A stretch of DNA of 64,000 bases from Somniosus microcephalus (GCA_052327205.1 CM126210.1:38316001-38380000), one strand, 5' to 3'. Numbered from the stretch's first letter, positions 36,735 to 50,426 are shown. The notes: a model not told the origin generated them from the letters alone. Numbers and translations: made by a program.

Positions 36735-39700
36735 GGCGGCGGGGAGCGGGAGGGCGCGGTGCGCGCGACAGGGAGCGGGAGGGCGAGCGAGCGAGAGACG
36801 GCGCGGGCGAGCGAGCGACGGCGCGGGCGATCGAGCGAGAGACGGCGCGGGCGAGCGAGAGACGGCGCGAGCGAGCGAGAGACGGCGCGAGCGAGCGAGA
36901 GACGGCGCGAGCGAGAGACGGCGCGAGCGAGCGAGAGAGACGGCGCGAGCGAGAGAGAGAGACGGCGCGAGCGAGAGAGAGAGACGGCGCGAGCGAGAGA
37001 GAGAGAGACGGCGCGAGCGAGAGAGAGAGAGACGGCGCGAGCGAGAGAGAGACCGAGCGAGCGAGAGAGACGGCGCGAGCGAGCGAGAGACGGCGCGAGC
37101 GAGCGAGAGAGAGACGGCGCGAGCGAGCGAGAGACGGCGCGAGCGAGCGAGAGAGAGACGGCGCGAGCGAGCGAGAGAGAGACGGCGCGAGCGAGCGAGA
37201 GACGGCGCGAGCGAGCGAGAGAGAGACGGCGCGAGCGAGCGAGAGAGAGACGGCGCGAGCGAGCGAGAGACGGCGCGAGCGAGCGAGAGACGGCGCGAGC
37301 GAGCGAGAGAGAGACGGCGCGAGCGAGCGAGAGACGGCGCGAGCGAGCGAGACGGCGCGAGCGAGCGAGAGACGGCGCGAGCGAGCGAGAGAGAGACGGC
37401 GCGAGCGAGCGAGAGAGAGACGGCGCGAGCGAGCGAGAGAGACGGCGCGAGCGAGCGAGAGAGAGACGGCGCGAGCGAGCGAGAGAGAGACGGCGCGAGC
37501 GAGCGAGAGAGAGACGGCGCGAGCGAGCGAGAGAGAGACGGCGCGAGCGAGCGAGAGAGAGACGGCGCGAGCGAGCGAGAGAGAGACGGCGCGAGCGAGC
37601 GAGAGAGAGACGGCGCGAGCGAGCGAGAGACGGCGCGAGCGAGAGACGGCGCGAGCGAGAGACGGCGCGAGCGAGCGAGAGACGGCGCGAGCGAGAGACG
37701 GCGCGAGCGAGCGAGAGAGACGGCGCGAGCGAGCGAGAGAGACGGCGCGAGCGAGCGAGAGAGAGACGGCGCGAGCGAGCGAGAGAGAGACGGCGCGAGC
37801 GAGCGAGAGAGAGACGGCGCGAGCGAGCGAGAGAGAGACGGCGCGAGCGAGCGAGAGAGAGACGGCGCGAGCGAGCGAGAGAGAGACGGCGCGAGCGAGC
37901 GAGAGAGAGACGGCGCGAGCGAGCGAGAGAGAGACGGCGCGAGCGAGCGAGAGAGAGACGGCGCGAGCGAGCGAGAGAGAGACGGCGCGAGCGAGCGAGA
38001 GAGAGACGGCGCGAGCGAGCGAGAGAGAGACGGCGCGAGCGAGCGAGAGAGAGACGGCGCGAGCGAGCGAGAGAGAGACGGCGCGAGCGAGCGAGAGAGA
38101 GACGGCGCGAGCGAGCGAGCGAGAGACGGCGCGAGCGAGCGAGCGAGAGACGGCGCGAGCGAGCGAGCGACGGCGCGAGCGAGCGAGAGAGAGACGGCGC
38201 GAGCGAGCGAGAGAGAGACGGCGCGAGCGAGCGAGAGAGAGACGGCGCGAGCGAGCGAGAGAGAGACGGCGCGAGCGAGCGAGAGAGAGACGGCGCGAGC
38301 GAGCGAGAGAGAGACGGCGCGAGCGAGCGAGAGAGAGACGGCGCGAGCGAGCGAGAGAGAGACGGCGCGAGCGAGCGAGAGAGAGACGGCGCGAGCGAGC
38401 GAGAGAGAGACGGCGCGAGCGAGCGAGAGAGAGACGGCGCGAGCGAGCGAGAGAGAGACGGCGCGAGCGAGCGAGAGACGGCGCGAGCGAGCGAGAGAGA
38501 GACGGCGCGAGCGAGCGAGAGAGAGACGGCGCGAGCGAGCGAGAGAGAGACGGCGCGAGCGAGCGAGAGAGAGACGGCGCGAGCGAGCGAGAGAGAGACG
38601 GCGCGAGCGAGCGAGAGAGAGACGGCGCGAGCGAGCGAGAGAGAGACGGCGCGAGCGAGCGAGAGAGAGACGGCGCGAGCGAGCGAGAGACGGCGCGAGC
38701 GAGCGAGAGAGAGACGGCGCGAGCGAGAGACGGCGCGAGCGAGCGAGAGAGAGACGGCGCGAGCGAGCGAGAGACGGCGCGAGCGAGCGAGAGAGAGACG
38801 GCGCGAGCGAGCGAGAGAGACGGCGCGAGCGAGCGAGAGAGAGACGGCGCGAGCGAGCGAGAGAGAGACGGCGCGAGCGAGCGAGAGAGAGACGGCGCGA
38901 GCGAGCGAGAGAGAGACGGCGCGAGCGAGCGAGAGACGGCGCGAGCGAGCGAGAGAGAGGCGGCGCGGGCGAGCGAGAGGCGGCGCGAGCGAGAGGCGGC
39001 GCGGGCGAGCGAGAGGCGGCGCGGGCGAGCGAGAGGCGGCGCGGGCGAGCGAGAGGCGGCGCGGGCAGCGAGAGGCGGCGCGGGAGAGGTGGCGCGGGCG
39101 AGCGAGAGGCGGCGCGGGCGAGCGAGAGGCGGCGCGGGCGAGCGAGAGGCGGCGCGGGCGAGCGAGAGGCGGCGCGGGCAGCGAGAGGCGGCGCGGGCGA
39201 GCGGGAGAGAGGCGGCGCGGGGGAGAGGCGGCGCGGGGGAGCGGGGGAGAGGCGGCGCGGGGGAGCGGGGGAGAGGCGGCGCGGGGGAGCGGGGGAGAGG
39301 CGGCGCGGGGGAGCGGGGGAGAGGCGGCGCGGGGGAGCGGGGGAGAGGCGGCGCGGGGGAGCGGGGGAGAGGCGGCGCGGGGGAGCGGGGGAGAGGCGGC
39401 GCGGGGGAGCGGGGGAGAGGCGGCGCGGGGGAGCGGGGGAGAGGCGGCGCGGGGGAGCGGGGGAGAGGCGGCGCGGGGGAGCGGGGGAGAGGCGGCGCGG
39501 GGGAGCGGGGGAGAGGCGGCGCGGGGGAGCGGGGGAGAGGCGGCGCGGGGGAGCGGGGGAGAGGCGGCGCGGGGGAGCGGGGGAGAGGCGGCGCGGGGGA
39601 GCGGGGGAGAGGCGGCGCGGGGGAGCGGGGGAGAGGCGGCGCGGGGGAGCGGGGGAGAGGCGGCGCGGGGGAGCGGCGGAGAGGCGGCGCGGGGGAGAGG

Positions 39701-41425
39701 CGGCGCGGGGGAGCGGCGGCGCGGGGGAGCGGCGGAGAGGCGGCGCGGGGGGAGCGGCGGAGAGGCGGCGCGGGGGAGCGGCGGCGCGGGGGAGCGGCGG
39801 AGAGGCGGCGCGGGGGAGCGGCGGCGCGGGGGAGCGGCGGAGAGGCGGCGCGGGGGAGCGGCGGCGCGGGGGAGCGGCGGAGAGGGGGAGCGGCGGAGAG
39901 GCGGCGCGGGGGAGCGGCGGCGCGGGGGAGCGGCGGAGAGGCGGCGCGGGGGAGAGGCGGCGCGGGGGAGCGGCGGAGAGGGGGAGCGGCGGCGCGGGGG
40001 AGCGGCGGAGGCGGCGCGGGGGAGCGGCGGAGAGGCGGCGCGGGGGAGAGGCGGAGAGGCGGCGCGGCGGAGAGACGGCGCGGGGGAAACAGCCGAGCGA
40101 GGGGGGGGTGGGGAGCGGCCGAGCGAGGGGGGGGGGGGGCGGCCGAGCGAGGGGGGGGAGCGGCCGAGAGAGGGGGGGGTGCGGCCGAGAGAGGCGGGGG
40201 GTGCGGCCGAGAGGGGGGGGGGTGCGGCCGAGAGAGGGGGGGGAGCGGCCGAGGGAGGGGGGGAGCGGCCGAGGGAGGGAGCGACAAGAGAGAGCGCGAG
40301 AGGGGGAGCGACAAGAGAGAGCGCGAGAGAGGGAGCGACAGAGAGAGCGCGAGAGAGGGAGCGACAGAGAGCGCGCGAGAGAGGGAGCGACAGAGAGCGC
40401 GAGAGAGGGAGCGACAGAGAGAGCGCGAGAGAGGGAGCGACAGAGAGAGCGCGAGAGAGGGAGCGACAGAGAGAGCGCGAGAGAGGGAGCGACAGAGAGA
40501 GCGCGAGAGAGGGAGCGACAGAGAGAGCGCGAGAGAGGGAGCGACAGAGAGAGCGCGAGAGAGGGAGCGACAGAGAGAGCGCGAGAGAGGGAGCGACAGA
40601 GAGAGCGCGAGAGAGGGAGCGACAGAGAGAGCGCGAGAGAGGGAGCGACAGAGAGAGCGCGAGAGAGGGAGCGACAGAGAGAGCGCGAGAGAGGGAGCGA
40701 CAGAGAGAGCGCGAGAGAGGGAGCGAGAGAGAGAGCGCGAGAGAGGGAGCGAGAGAGCGCGAGAGAGCGCGAGAGAGGGAGCGCGAGAGAGGGAGCGAGA
40801 GAGAGAGCGCGAGAGAGGGAGCGAGAGAGAGAGCGCGAGAGAGGGAGCGAGAGAGGGAGCGCGAGAGAGGGAGCGCGAGAGAGGGAGCGAGAGAGGGAGC
40901 GCGAGAGAGAGCGCGAGAGAGAGCGCGAGAGAGGGAGCGAGAGAGAGAGCGAGAGAGAGAGCGCGAGAGAGGGAGCGAGAGAGAGAGCGTGAGAGAGGGA
41001 GCGAGAGAGAGAGCGCGAGAGAGGGACCGACAGAGAGAGCGCGAGAGAGGGACCGACAGAGAGAGCGCGAGAGAGGGACCGACAGAGAGAGCGCGAGAGA
41101 GGGACCGACAGAGAGAGCGCGAGAGAGGGACCGACAGAGAGAGCGCGAGAGAGGGACCGACAGAGAGAGCGCGAGAGAGGGACCGACAGAGAGAGCGCGA
41201 GAGGGACCGACAGAGAGAGCGCGAGAGAGGGACCGACAGAGAGCACGTGAGAGGGACCGACAGAGAGAGCGCGAGAGAGGGACCGACAGAGAGCGCGCGA
41301 GAGAGGGACCGACAGAGAGCGTGCGAGAGAGGGACCGACAGAGAGAGCGCGAGAGAGGGACCGACAGAGAGAGCGCGAGAGAGGGACCGACAGAGAGAGC
41401 GCGAGAGAGGGAGCGACAGAGAGCA
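36735..41425 (+). repeat. 4.7-kb compound GC/purine-rich satellite (20-26-bp units built from GA, GC and GCG motifs)
   Basis: Blocks: GACGGCGCGAGCGAGCGAGAGAGA (24), GAGAGGCGGCGCGGGGGAGCGGGG (24), GAGAGAGGGAGCGACAGAGAGAGCGC (26), GAGAGAGGGACCGACAGAGAGAGCGC (26). Confidence 0.98.
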
Positions 41426-41704
41426 AAAACAGACTATGGGTGGGTTAGGGAGCGATTACACTAAGTGTTTTGATCTCTGCATCATAGATTATGAAAGTTT
41501 ACCAATACCTTAATAATATTAGAAACTCACGCTTCATGATGTGCAAATGGCAAAAATAGATTTCCATATTAAAAAATCTTTGGTAGCAGACATTCAGCAT
41601 AGAACGCTCCAGATGCACCACTGCTAAACGGTACCCTTGGGACTTAATCAAGGCTTGAAACCCAAGATGCACATTAGCGATGAACAGAAGGTATTACAGA
41701 ACTA

Positions 41705-42510
41705 CAACAATAACTTCTATTTATCTAGCACCTTCACGGGAGTGTTATCAAACAAAATCTGACACCGAGCCACGTAAGGAGATATTAGGACAGCTGACTA
41801 AAAGCTCGGTCAAAGAGGTAGGTTGTAAGGAGCATCTTGAAGGCTACCGACCATAGAGCACATATACCAGAAACGCTGTCTACAGAGGTCACGGTCCATC
41901 ATCAAAGGCCCTACCCACCCCAGCCACAGTCTGTTCGCCCTCCTGCCATCTGGGAGACGCTACAGATGCATTCGCACCCGTACGACCAGATTTAGGAACA
42001 GCTTCTTTCCCAGGGCTGTCATCCTACTGAACTCCACAAATAAACTCTAAAGCCTGCACATCTGCCAATGCACTTTATTATGGTTATGTTTATGTTAATG
42101 TATGTGGAATGTTTAAATGTCTTAATCTAAATGTACACTCTCGGGAGCCGCAAGCCTACATTTCGTTGTACTGCACTTGTGCACTAACAATGACAATAAA
42201 AGTTGATTTGAGAGAGACGGTGGTATGGAGAGGTGGAGAGGTTTATGGAGGGAATCACAGAGCTTTGAGCCTGGGCAGCCGAAAGCACGGCCGCCAATGG
42301 TGGAGCGATGAAAATTGAGGATGTATAAGAGGCCAGAATTGGAGGAGCGCAGATATCTCCGAGGGTTGTAGAGCCGGAAGGGGTTACAGAGATAGGGAGG
42401 GGCGAGGCCATGGAGGAATTTGAAGACAACGACGAGAATTTTAAAATTCAGGCCTTGCTGGACCGGGAGCCAATGTAGGTCAGCGAGCACAGGGGTGATA
42501 GGTGAAGGTG
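41705..42510 (-). mobile_element. L2 LINE 3' fragment, interrupted by a Rex/Babar insertion
   Basis: ITPVLADLHWLPV..FKIL..FKFLHGLAPPYL..LRSS..GGRAF C-terminal L2 motif; tail at 41705-41843. Confidence 0.9.
41844..42210 (+). mobile_element. Rex1/Babar LINE 3' end
   Basis: Open frame 41844-42050 LPTIEHIYQKRCLQRSRSIIKGPTHPSHSLFALLPSGRRYRCIRTRTTRFRNSFFPRAVILLNS; 3' end atgacaataaaagttgatttga. Confidence 0.85.
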
Positions 42511-43331
42511 AACGGAACAAGCATTACAAGTAAAAAAAATCCTGTACATCCTGCATGATTTTGTTGGAATAACAATCTGCAGATCTACAGGCTAGTAGAA
42601 TGCATGCAAGTGTTGCATTTTCACTGCTTTCCATTATGTTTCAATACACACATTCATGCAGGTAGCTTAAAATATTAATGTTGTAGGCTAGCTGTTTGAA
42701 ACGGGGGTGGGGGGGGGGAAATGTGTGAAAGCAGTTATTAAAACTTTTGGCCTACTTCGACAGATGAATCTACCACACCTACAGCTAATTACCAATATTA
42801 ACCACCAATTTCTGTACAATCATATTATCTAATTTTGTAACTAAAAAAAATCTTAAATAGACTGCAAGCAGAAGTATTAAAATCAATCAAGGAGGCGGGC
42901 AAACACACACGCAAATCTATAGGCTCACCTCCATGACCTGGACGTTGCGATTTACAGCACAATACAATTTTGGGGAAGGTTAAAGTTTTAATGATCACAC
43001 AGGAGCAAAAAGGGGGTATTTGAGATGAAAGACAAAGAAACAAAAGTTAATTTCAGAAATTTGTATTTTAAAGTAATGGGGAAGAAAAAAAATGAAAAAC
43101 ATCGACAATGTTAACTACTCAAAATACTAACGGAAGAGGATTAGATAACAGAATGGACTCCAACAGCTGCTGCTGGTTTCATGATATACGGCATAACAAA
43201 CTCCTAATTATACCATTCTGGTTTTGTAGATTCAAGTTTAAGTGCTACCTGATTACACTGTACAGATAACAACGCTGTCATGTGGAAACTAACAGCAACA
43301 AGGTAATACTTAATCTTTACATAGTTTGTAC

Positions 43332-43535
43332 CTGAGTGGATTGAGAAATGGCCTCATCCAGTGAGGTGGCTCTTTGCTTGACATCTTCTTTGACCTTACT
43401 GTAAAGTGCGTCGGCTGCGGTGTACTTCTGCTGAATGGCCAGGCCTTCCTGAGGGCTTAGCTCCAGTAACTGAGGCCCGGTTTTATTCATCTTATCTATA
43501 TGGGGCTTGTGTTCGGCTATCAGCTCCCGCAGTTG
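43332..43535 (-). CDS. DST: DST exon, 204 nt: [68 protein letters not shown]
   Basis: ttgcag|CAA...CAG|gtacaa. Confidence 0.96.
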
Positions 43536-43829
43536 CTGCAATAGAATAAAGCATCAGTCAATAATTAAAACTAGCACTTTCCCATTAAAGCTGCCTGATC
43601 CTGGAAGCAGCATGTGTCACCACCTCAAGTATCCAGCCAGAACTTTACAGTACCTTTCCAGGTAGTGGTGCGAGAATAGGTCAGTCTTTAATACTAATGG
43701 AGGTAGGGTAACATTTCACACAAGGCAAGAGATTAGTTTTCTCAGTAAATTGCAAACTCTCTGCGTCAAATTCCTATGCTGTATTTTCGCAGTTCAATTA
43801 TTCCCTTTATATATTTATATATTGTTTAC

Positions 43830-44330
43830 ATAGAATTAGTGTACAGCATAGAAACAGGCCATTCGGCCCAACAGGTCTATGCCGGTGTTTATGCTCCACA
43901 CAAGCCTCCTCCTCCCACCCCTCTTCATCTAACCCCATCAGCATAACCTTTTATTCTTTTCTCCCTCAAGTGTTTATCTAGCTTCCCCTTAAATGTATTA
44001 ATGCTATTCGCCTCAGCTACCCAGAGAGTGGTGAGAATATGGAACTCGTTACCACATGGAGTAAAGAAGTTTCTCCTGAATTCCCTATTGGATTTACCAG
44101 TGACTATCTTATATTTATGGCCTCTAGTTTTGGTCTCCCCCACAAGTGGAAACATCTTCTCTAGATCTACCCTATCAAACCCCTTCAGAATTTTAAAGAC
44201 CTCTATCAGGTCACCCCTCAGCCTTCTCTTTTATAGAGAAAAAGAGCCCCAGCCTGTTCACTCTTTCCTGATGGGTATAACCTCTCAGTTCTGGTATCAT
44301 TCCTGTAAATCTTTCTTGCACCTTCTAAAT
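43830..44330 (-). mobile_element. CR1 LINE 3' fragment carrying a 40-bp internal inversion
   Basis: MFPLVGETKTRGHKYKI..FRRNFFT; compare with 16395-16685. Confidence 0.9.
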
Positions 44331-47300
44331 TTACTGCGTTCAATGTGTAACTCAGTTGGATGGCTCTCTTGTATCTAGTTATTCTGCCAGATCCCGATCT
44401 TCGGTTTAAATGACATGAGGATCACATAATAATGTGGGATCTTCTAACACATCCCCAAAAAAGGTCAGAAACATTGCTCGCTTCGCACGGAGCTTGCTGT
44501 AAATCCAAGTCCCAATAATCATGCTTCCTGACATGATTGTCAACACTTAACTGCTGTGAAACAAAAAAAGGTTTTTAAAAAATGTACAGAATGAACAAAG
44601 CACCCTTGAGAAATGTTTGCTCAATTCTCAAAGTCCACATTTCTGCCACATTACTGACCAAAAGATAAATGATCTTAAGCTCACATATTTAGTTAGTTAT
44701 ATCGACATGTCTGTTTCAATTGTGCTATTACTGAATTTTTTTAATGAAAAATAAACTGATAATCAGATTCAATAAAGGAAAGAAATTGCAGGGCTATGGG
44801 GAAGAGCAGGGGGAGTGGGAGTAATTGGATAGCTCTTCCGAAGAGCCAACACAGGCATGATGGGTCAAATGGCCTCCTTCTGTGGTTTATGACTATGAGC
44901 TCTTAACAAGCATCGTGAAAAACTTTTCCAACTGTTCACTTCAACTTGCCTTTAAGTTAAAAAAGGCATGCATCTAATCTGGGAGCTGACCCACAATTTG
45001 GAAAATAAAAGTGAGGATATGGGAACAGGACTAGGCCATATGACCCAGAGTGAGCACTGCCATTGTGTTAGCCACGGCAGCCATCAATTCCAATTTCCCC
45101 AAAAACATGACAGATTTCATTTAAATGTGTAAAACTTGGAGTAAAATAAACTTCTATTAGACCAGGATAGATGATTCCAAAAAGCCAAATAGTAAAAGCA
45201 CATTTAGAAAAAGGAACTTGGCAGTGGTCTTTCAATTTGTGTATTTAAGCATTATGTTGGCCAAACAAATTCTGAATATGCAAATTCCCTGACCTTTGAA
45301 CTCACTGGCTTAAATGTTCTGGTGAAACAATAATAATTATAGGCTGGCAATGATCCAGTTCCCTGACCCAGTGTAAAGCAAAAAGAAATTCAAACAAACA
45401 AGCCCTTTGAAGATGACATCATGGATGAAGGCTCTACCCTTGGGCCTAAAATCCAAAACCCAGTCATTTCCTGGAACGTGCACTGAGACAAGAGTTTTCC
45501 AATTAAGTTGAAGCAGGGAAAAGTATTGTATTGCGAAGAAAACAAAACCGATTCATTGACATGGGTTGTTACGTACAGTTCTTCTGTAAACCCCAATGCA
45601 TTCTATACTCCAGCTTTAGAAAACATACATATATCACTTCAAACCCTTGGGCACTTTGTCAATCCAGCTCATTTTTCAAGTGGTTAGAGTGTTATATAAA
45701 AAGGGAGAAATTAAGCTTGTCCACCAACTCATAAGTATGTGAAAAGTCAGCGGATGAGCAACGGCAATAGCAGAGAAACTGGAGAGGAAACTAGATAGCC
45801 ACGAACATCGCTCTGCTGGGAGATCAGATGCTGGTATCTTATTTACAGGTGCATGGTGCAACCTCTTTTTAAAGGCTCTGGAGAGGTCCAAGATAACGAC
45901 AAATAATTCAGTGACATTTTCAAGAGCAGAGTTTCAAATGTACATGACACAGATGAGAAAATCATCGGTGAAAACTATACTGGCAATTGTCGATTGGTAC
46001 AGAATCTGCAATGTGAAGGAGAGTTAGCAACAGTTTCCGTAACTTGAGACAGTACCAATGTGACGACAATAGGGCAGTAGTTGAAAGGGCAAGAGGAAAT
46101 CACCTTGCTCAGGGATAGCGTCAAAAAGCACATTTCCAAACAGACAGTAAGGTGGACTTGGACTGACAGCAAGAGATTAGTGTGATGACAAAGACAAATT
46201 GCACAGACAAATCATTCATGCAATGGTCCACAAATCTTTAATTCCAAGAAAATGGACATTTTCAAGTTAATTTAAATCAATTTCAGAGACTGATTAGGTC
46301 CAAAGAGGACAATGGTGTCAGAACATGTGCATATTGGACTATTGTTTAAGCAAGTAGACATGTTCGAAGCACTCATTTGAGGACCATAGAAGGGATAGGA
46401 GCTCTGGCGTTACAATTTTTGGGGCTTCTCCAGATACTTCTGCTCATAGCCAAAGTAAGATCCAGCTCCCACAGACAAACTGCCCCTTTCTATCAACTAG
46501 TGAGCTATTGTGTGCAGAATAATCGGGAATAGTGTGTCCTGGGCAAACAAGAAACCCAAGTGCTGTCATCTGGATTACATGGAAGATTTCTGCTACACGC
46601 TGCATCACTTCAATTAATATCAGTCACGCCAGACAGTTTCATAGCAGATTAAACTTTTACAACAGGTTCAGTCACAGCAGCAGTAACAGCAAGCTGCTGA
46701 AACCAGTTAAAGTAACACTGCAATTGTGAACTGGTTGAAGAAAGAGATAAACAGAGAAACCCCTCACTTGAATTTCTTTGACCGGCTTTATGAGCAGGTA
46801 TTTCAAGCAAAAGACAGAGTTCTCCGAAGGCAAGTAGCCACTCACTCCCCACCAGTTACAGTTGCTCAGAATAGTGTTGGCATCTTACCCACAGAGTGAC
46901 ATTTTGCTTTTACATCTGTTGCGGCTGGGTCAAAGCCTAACAAACGGACATGTCCATTCATATACCCACAGTACTGTAAAATACAGTCTTGTTTTTGAGA
47001 AGCCAATCTATCAAAAAAAAGGCATTTTACTCAAACAATAAGCTTCAAATGCATACACAAAGGTATGCCAATGGCCACCTATAGTGTCTGACAAGTGTTG
47101 TCTACGCTCCAACTATCTTGATTAGATTATGTCATCCCTTAATAGAGATGTACGTCAATTCTTTCTAGCAGCTGAGTGTGCTCAGTGAATACAGCTGGAG
47201 ATGTATGCATCTGGGAAAAGAAACAGATTATCACGTCTGGCTCCTTTTTGATCGACTAAATGCCATTAGATTAGAAGCCAATCTTGCAGCATGCAGTTAT

Positions 47301-47419
47301 AGAGGACATTGGAGAATGGGATCTTTCTCAGTAGACCTGCTTTTAAGATAAGAAATGCAGTTGATAGAAGAGATTCATAGGCTATGAACAAAAATACCCC
47401 CTAGAGCATAACAGATTTA

Positions 47420-47790
47420 ACAAAGGTGCTCAAAATTATGAAGGGTTTTGATAGAGTAAATAAGAAGAAACTGTTTCCACTGGCAGAAGGGTTGGTAACC
47501 AGAGGACACAGATTTAGATAATTGGCAAAAGAACCAGAGGGTAGATGAGAATTCTTTCACGTAGCAAGTTATGATGATCTGGAATGCAGTGCCTGAATGG
47601 GTGGTGAAAGCATATTCAATAATAACTTTCAAAAGGGAATTGGATAAATACTTGGATAAATAATTGGATAAAAGGGGTAAAAAAAAAAAATTATAGGACT
47701 ATGGGAAGTGAGACTACTTGGATAGCTCTCCCAAAAAGCTGGCACAGACACGATGGGGTGAACGGCCTCCTTCTGTGCTGTATGAATCTA
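47420..47790 (+). mobile_element. CR1 LINE 3' fragment
   Basis: aaaattatgaagggttttgatagagtaaat..accagaggacacagattt..; reverse of the 61260-61740 subfamily. Confidence 0.85.
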
Positions 47791-50426
47791 TGGTAAATCA
47801 TACAGAGCTCTTATTGGATTCCAGGGTGAAGAATCTAATATACATGATGAAGATAAAGCTCGGTGCCAGTCAGAGGCAGAACATAATGGAGCAATGAAGG
47901 GAGGGATTATTTTAAAACAAGGATCATCAAGACTGGAGTTAGGAGGAGAAAGAGGAGCCAAGCAGGTCAGCTTTTTCTTTGAGCGGGATGGATGAAGATC
48001 AAATTTATGCACTGAATTTAATGGCAACACTACCGGAGCCCCCACATGCTCTCTTTCCCCCATCCTTTTTTAAAAAAGTCAAATTTTAAATGCACGGGCA
48101 GCTTGTTATTGTCGTCAGTCTCGATGTCTGCACATCCAGTGCTGGACGCCTTATCATGTTATGAGGAACAGCACATGTAACACGATAACTCAAACTGTTC
48201 ATCTAACTCACTGCAGATTTACAACGTAAACATCTTCATTGGAAGAGATGAGCTGATAGTGACCAGAACACATGTACATCAGCAGAAACTGCACAGAGTG
48301 TTTAACAACTGCACTGAACTCTACACTCATCAAAGATGGCCGCAAAACATTTAGAAGAATACAAGTTTTCGCTGGAGGTGCTGGAGATGGGGAAAGAATA
48401 TTTGTCAATCTGGAATACGTAACCCTCATAACCCAAGCAGGTGAAGCCTGAACTATTTTGGAACCAGAGTATGGGTTCGATGACAAGTACGCTCATATTT
48501 TTTGGGGGAAAACAGTTCATCTTTTTAAGTCTAAACACTTCACGAAGTGTTGTGAAATGCACTGATCTTGACGCCAACCCTGGTTGCATGAGCCAGACTG
48601 TCAGCCCAAGCTCATGCAGAAAAAGGCCACGTAAACAAATCGCAAGTTTCAGAGTTGGCCATGCCGGTGTTAAGCCACCTTAGCCCAGCAGATCAACACA
48701 CAATGGTTTAATCTTCACATTTAAAAATGCCGGGACTCAAACAAGTTCAGAAAGAAAATTCTCAACTATGCACAGCACAATATACTCTCAATATAGAAAG
48801 AAAAAAAACATTTACTTTTTAAAATAAGGTTAAAAAGAAATCTGCCCCAATCATTCTGGCCATGGAACTCCATACAAGTACCAAAAGAAGTTGCACAATG
48901 AGTACAGAACTGGCTTAGATCTCACCTCAGCAATACTGAAGTGGAAGATTAGTTTTAATTTTAGTCAGGGTACTTTGGACACCTTGGAGCTAAGGTGGTT
49001 GGGTGGTGGTCTCATTAAAGGTTTGGGGATTCCAGTGCTGGGAAATAGAATACACAGTTTTGCACCCAAAGTCAGAATCTACCACTCTACTCCAAAAATA
49101 AAACAGTGTGTCAGTGAGTTGCAGAGTAAACCTCCTCTGAATGAGCCAACATTAAAAAGGCAGCACCTGCAATTTCCACAGACAACAACATACCATTTTG
49201 CCCTGTAAAGCAAGTCTGAAACGCAAATGTGGGTAAATTGTGATTACACACTGTATGCAAACATATAATTAAAGGAACAGGGCAATGCGTGCGCTGAGTG
49301 CACTAAATTATAGTGTTATACAGTAGCACTGACACCAGCAATTGTGGAATCCATTCGGAGGGGTGTCGCCAATCTGTGCCAAGTTTAATGAGACAGACAC
49401 ACTCTGGGCTAGCGTGAGTCCAGCAAGTTTGAAGTGACAATTACAGCTGGATTAACACAGTTGCTGAAAGCGTACTTTGTTTGTTTTGCATCCAATGTTT
49501 AACGCAAGAACTGTGTTAAACATATTATAAAAGAATTACGATACTTGAGATTCAGAACATGGAAAAGCTATTGGAAATTTTATGACCTTGACAAGTAGCA
49601 TGAAGGAACGGTGTACAATTAAACATACAAGTGGCCAAATATTGCCTTTTAAGGGTGTTGAAATATCAGTACTTATTGTCATTAAGCAGACAGCTTCTAG
49701 TTAGCTTTTCAAAAAAACTCCTTCATTGTGATGGTTACAAATGCTAACTGTAGATAATTTGTCTTTCTGCATAACTTGCGATAATTCAAACTTTTGATAA
49801 TGGGCCAGATGGTTCAACTAGATTCCCCATTTCCTAGAATGTTAATTGTTCATCTTGATTTTTTTTTTTCTTAAATTCTGTTCTTTTTTTCCCCTAACTT
49901 GCTTTCTTTATTCACCAGAGATACAACCTCATGCTGGGGGATAGAGGGGCCAGTTCACCGCCCAAAGCTCCCACTGGGGAGCCGCACTCAAAGTCAGAGA
50001 ATCAGCGCTGCAGTATCGGAGCCGCATCACCAACCCACACTACCTCCTGCTGGGAGTGGGAGATTGCTGAACTTACCCCTTAGATGCAAGAGTGTAGCCC
50101 TCACACATCTCTACTTAATGACCAGTCTTCACATAAGCCATGGAAGTAGGTGTCCGCGATGGGGGTCGGGTGACCACGGTGGGGGTCGGGTGAGGAGAAA
50201 ATCACTGCTAGGTTCAATCCTTTCCTCAGCTGATGTCCACTCATTCACTTTCCAGCTAGAATCACGGGATAGCAATCAGGAATAAGAACCCTTGTCAATT
50301 TGTCCTCTCCTTAGCCCAGGAGCAGCATCCCGACCACTGCCCCAGTGGAGATTAACTAACAGCAGAGACGGAGTGGGACGGGGCGGGACTATCTTGATCT
50401 CTAAGGCTCAGTACCACACTGGGAAA

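Noticed and set aside
36507-41513. Five giant ORFs (791-1639 aa) on both strands
   Set aside because: They arise because the satellite has almost no T on the plus strand, so stop codons cannot form. The peptides are pure low-complexity repeats, not genes.
46889-46962. ATG-initiated mini-exon with strong donor TGG|GTAAGA
   Set aside because: The ATG frames end in phase 1 or 2, out of frame with the next phase-0 exon, and there is no other support.
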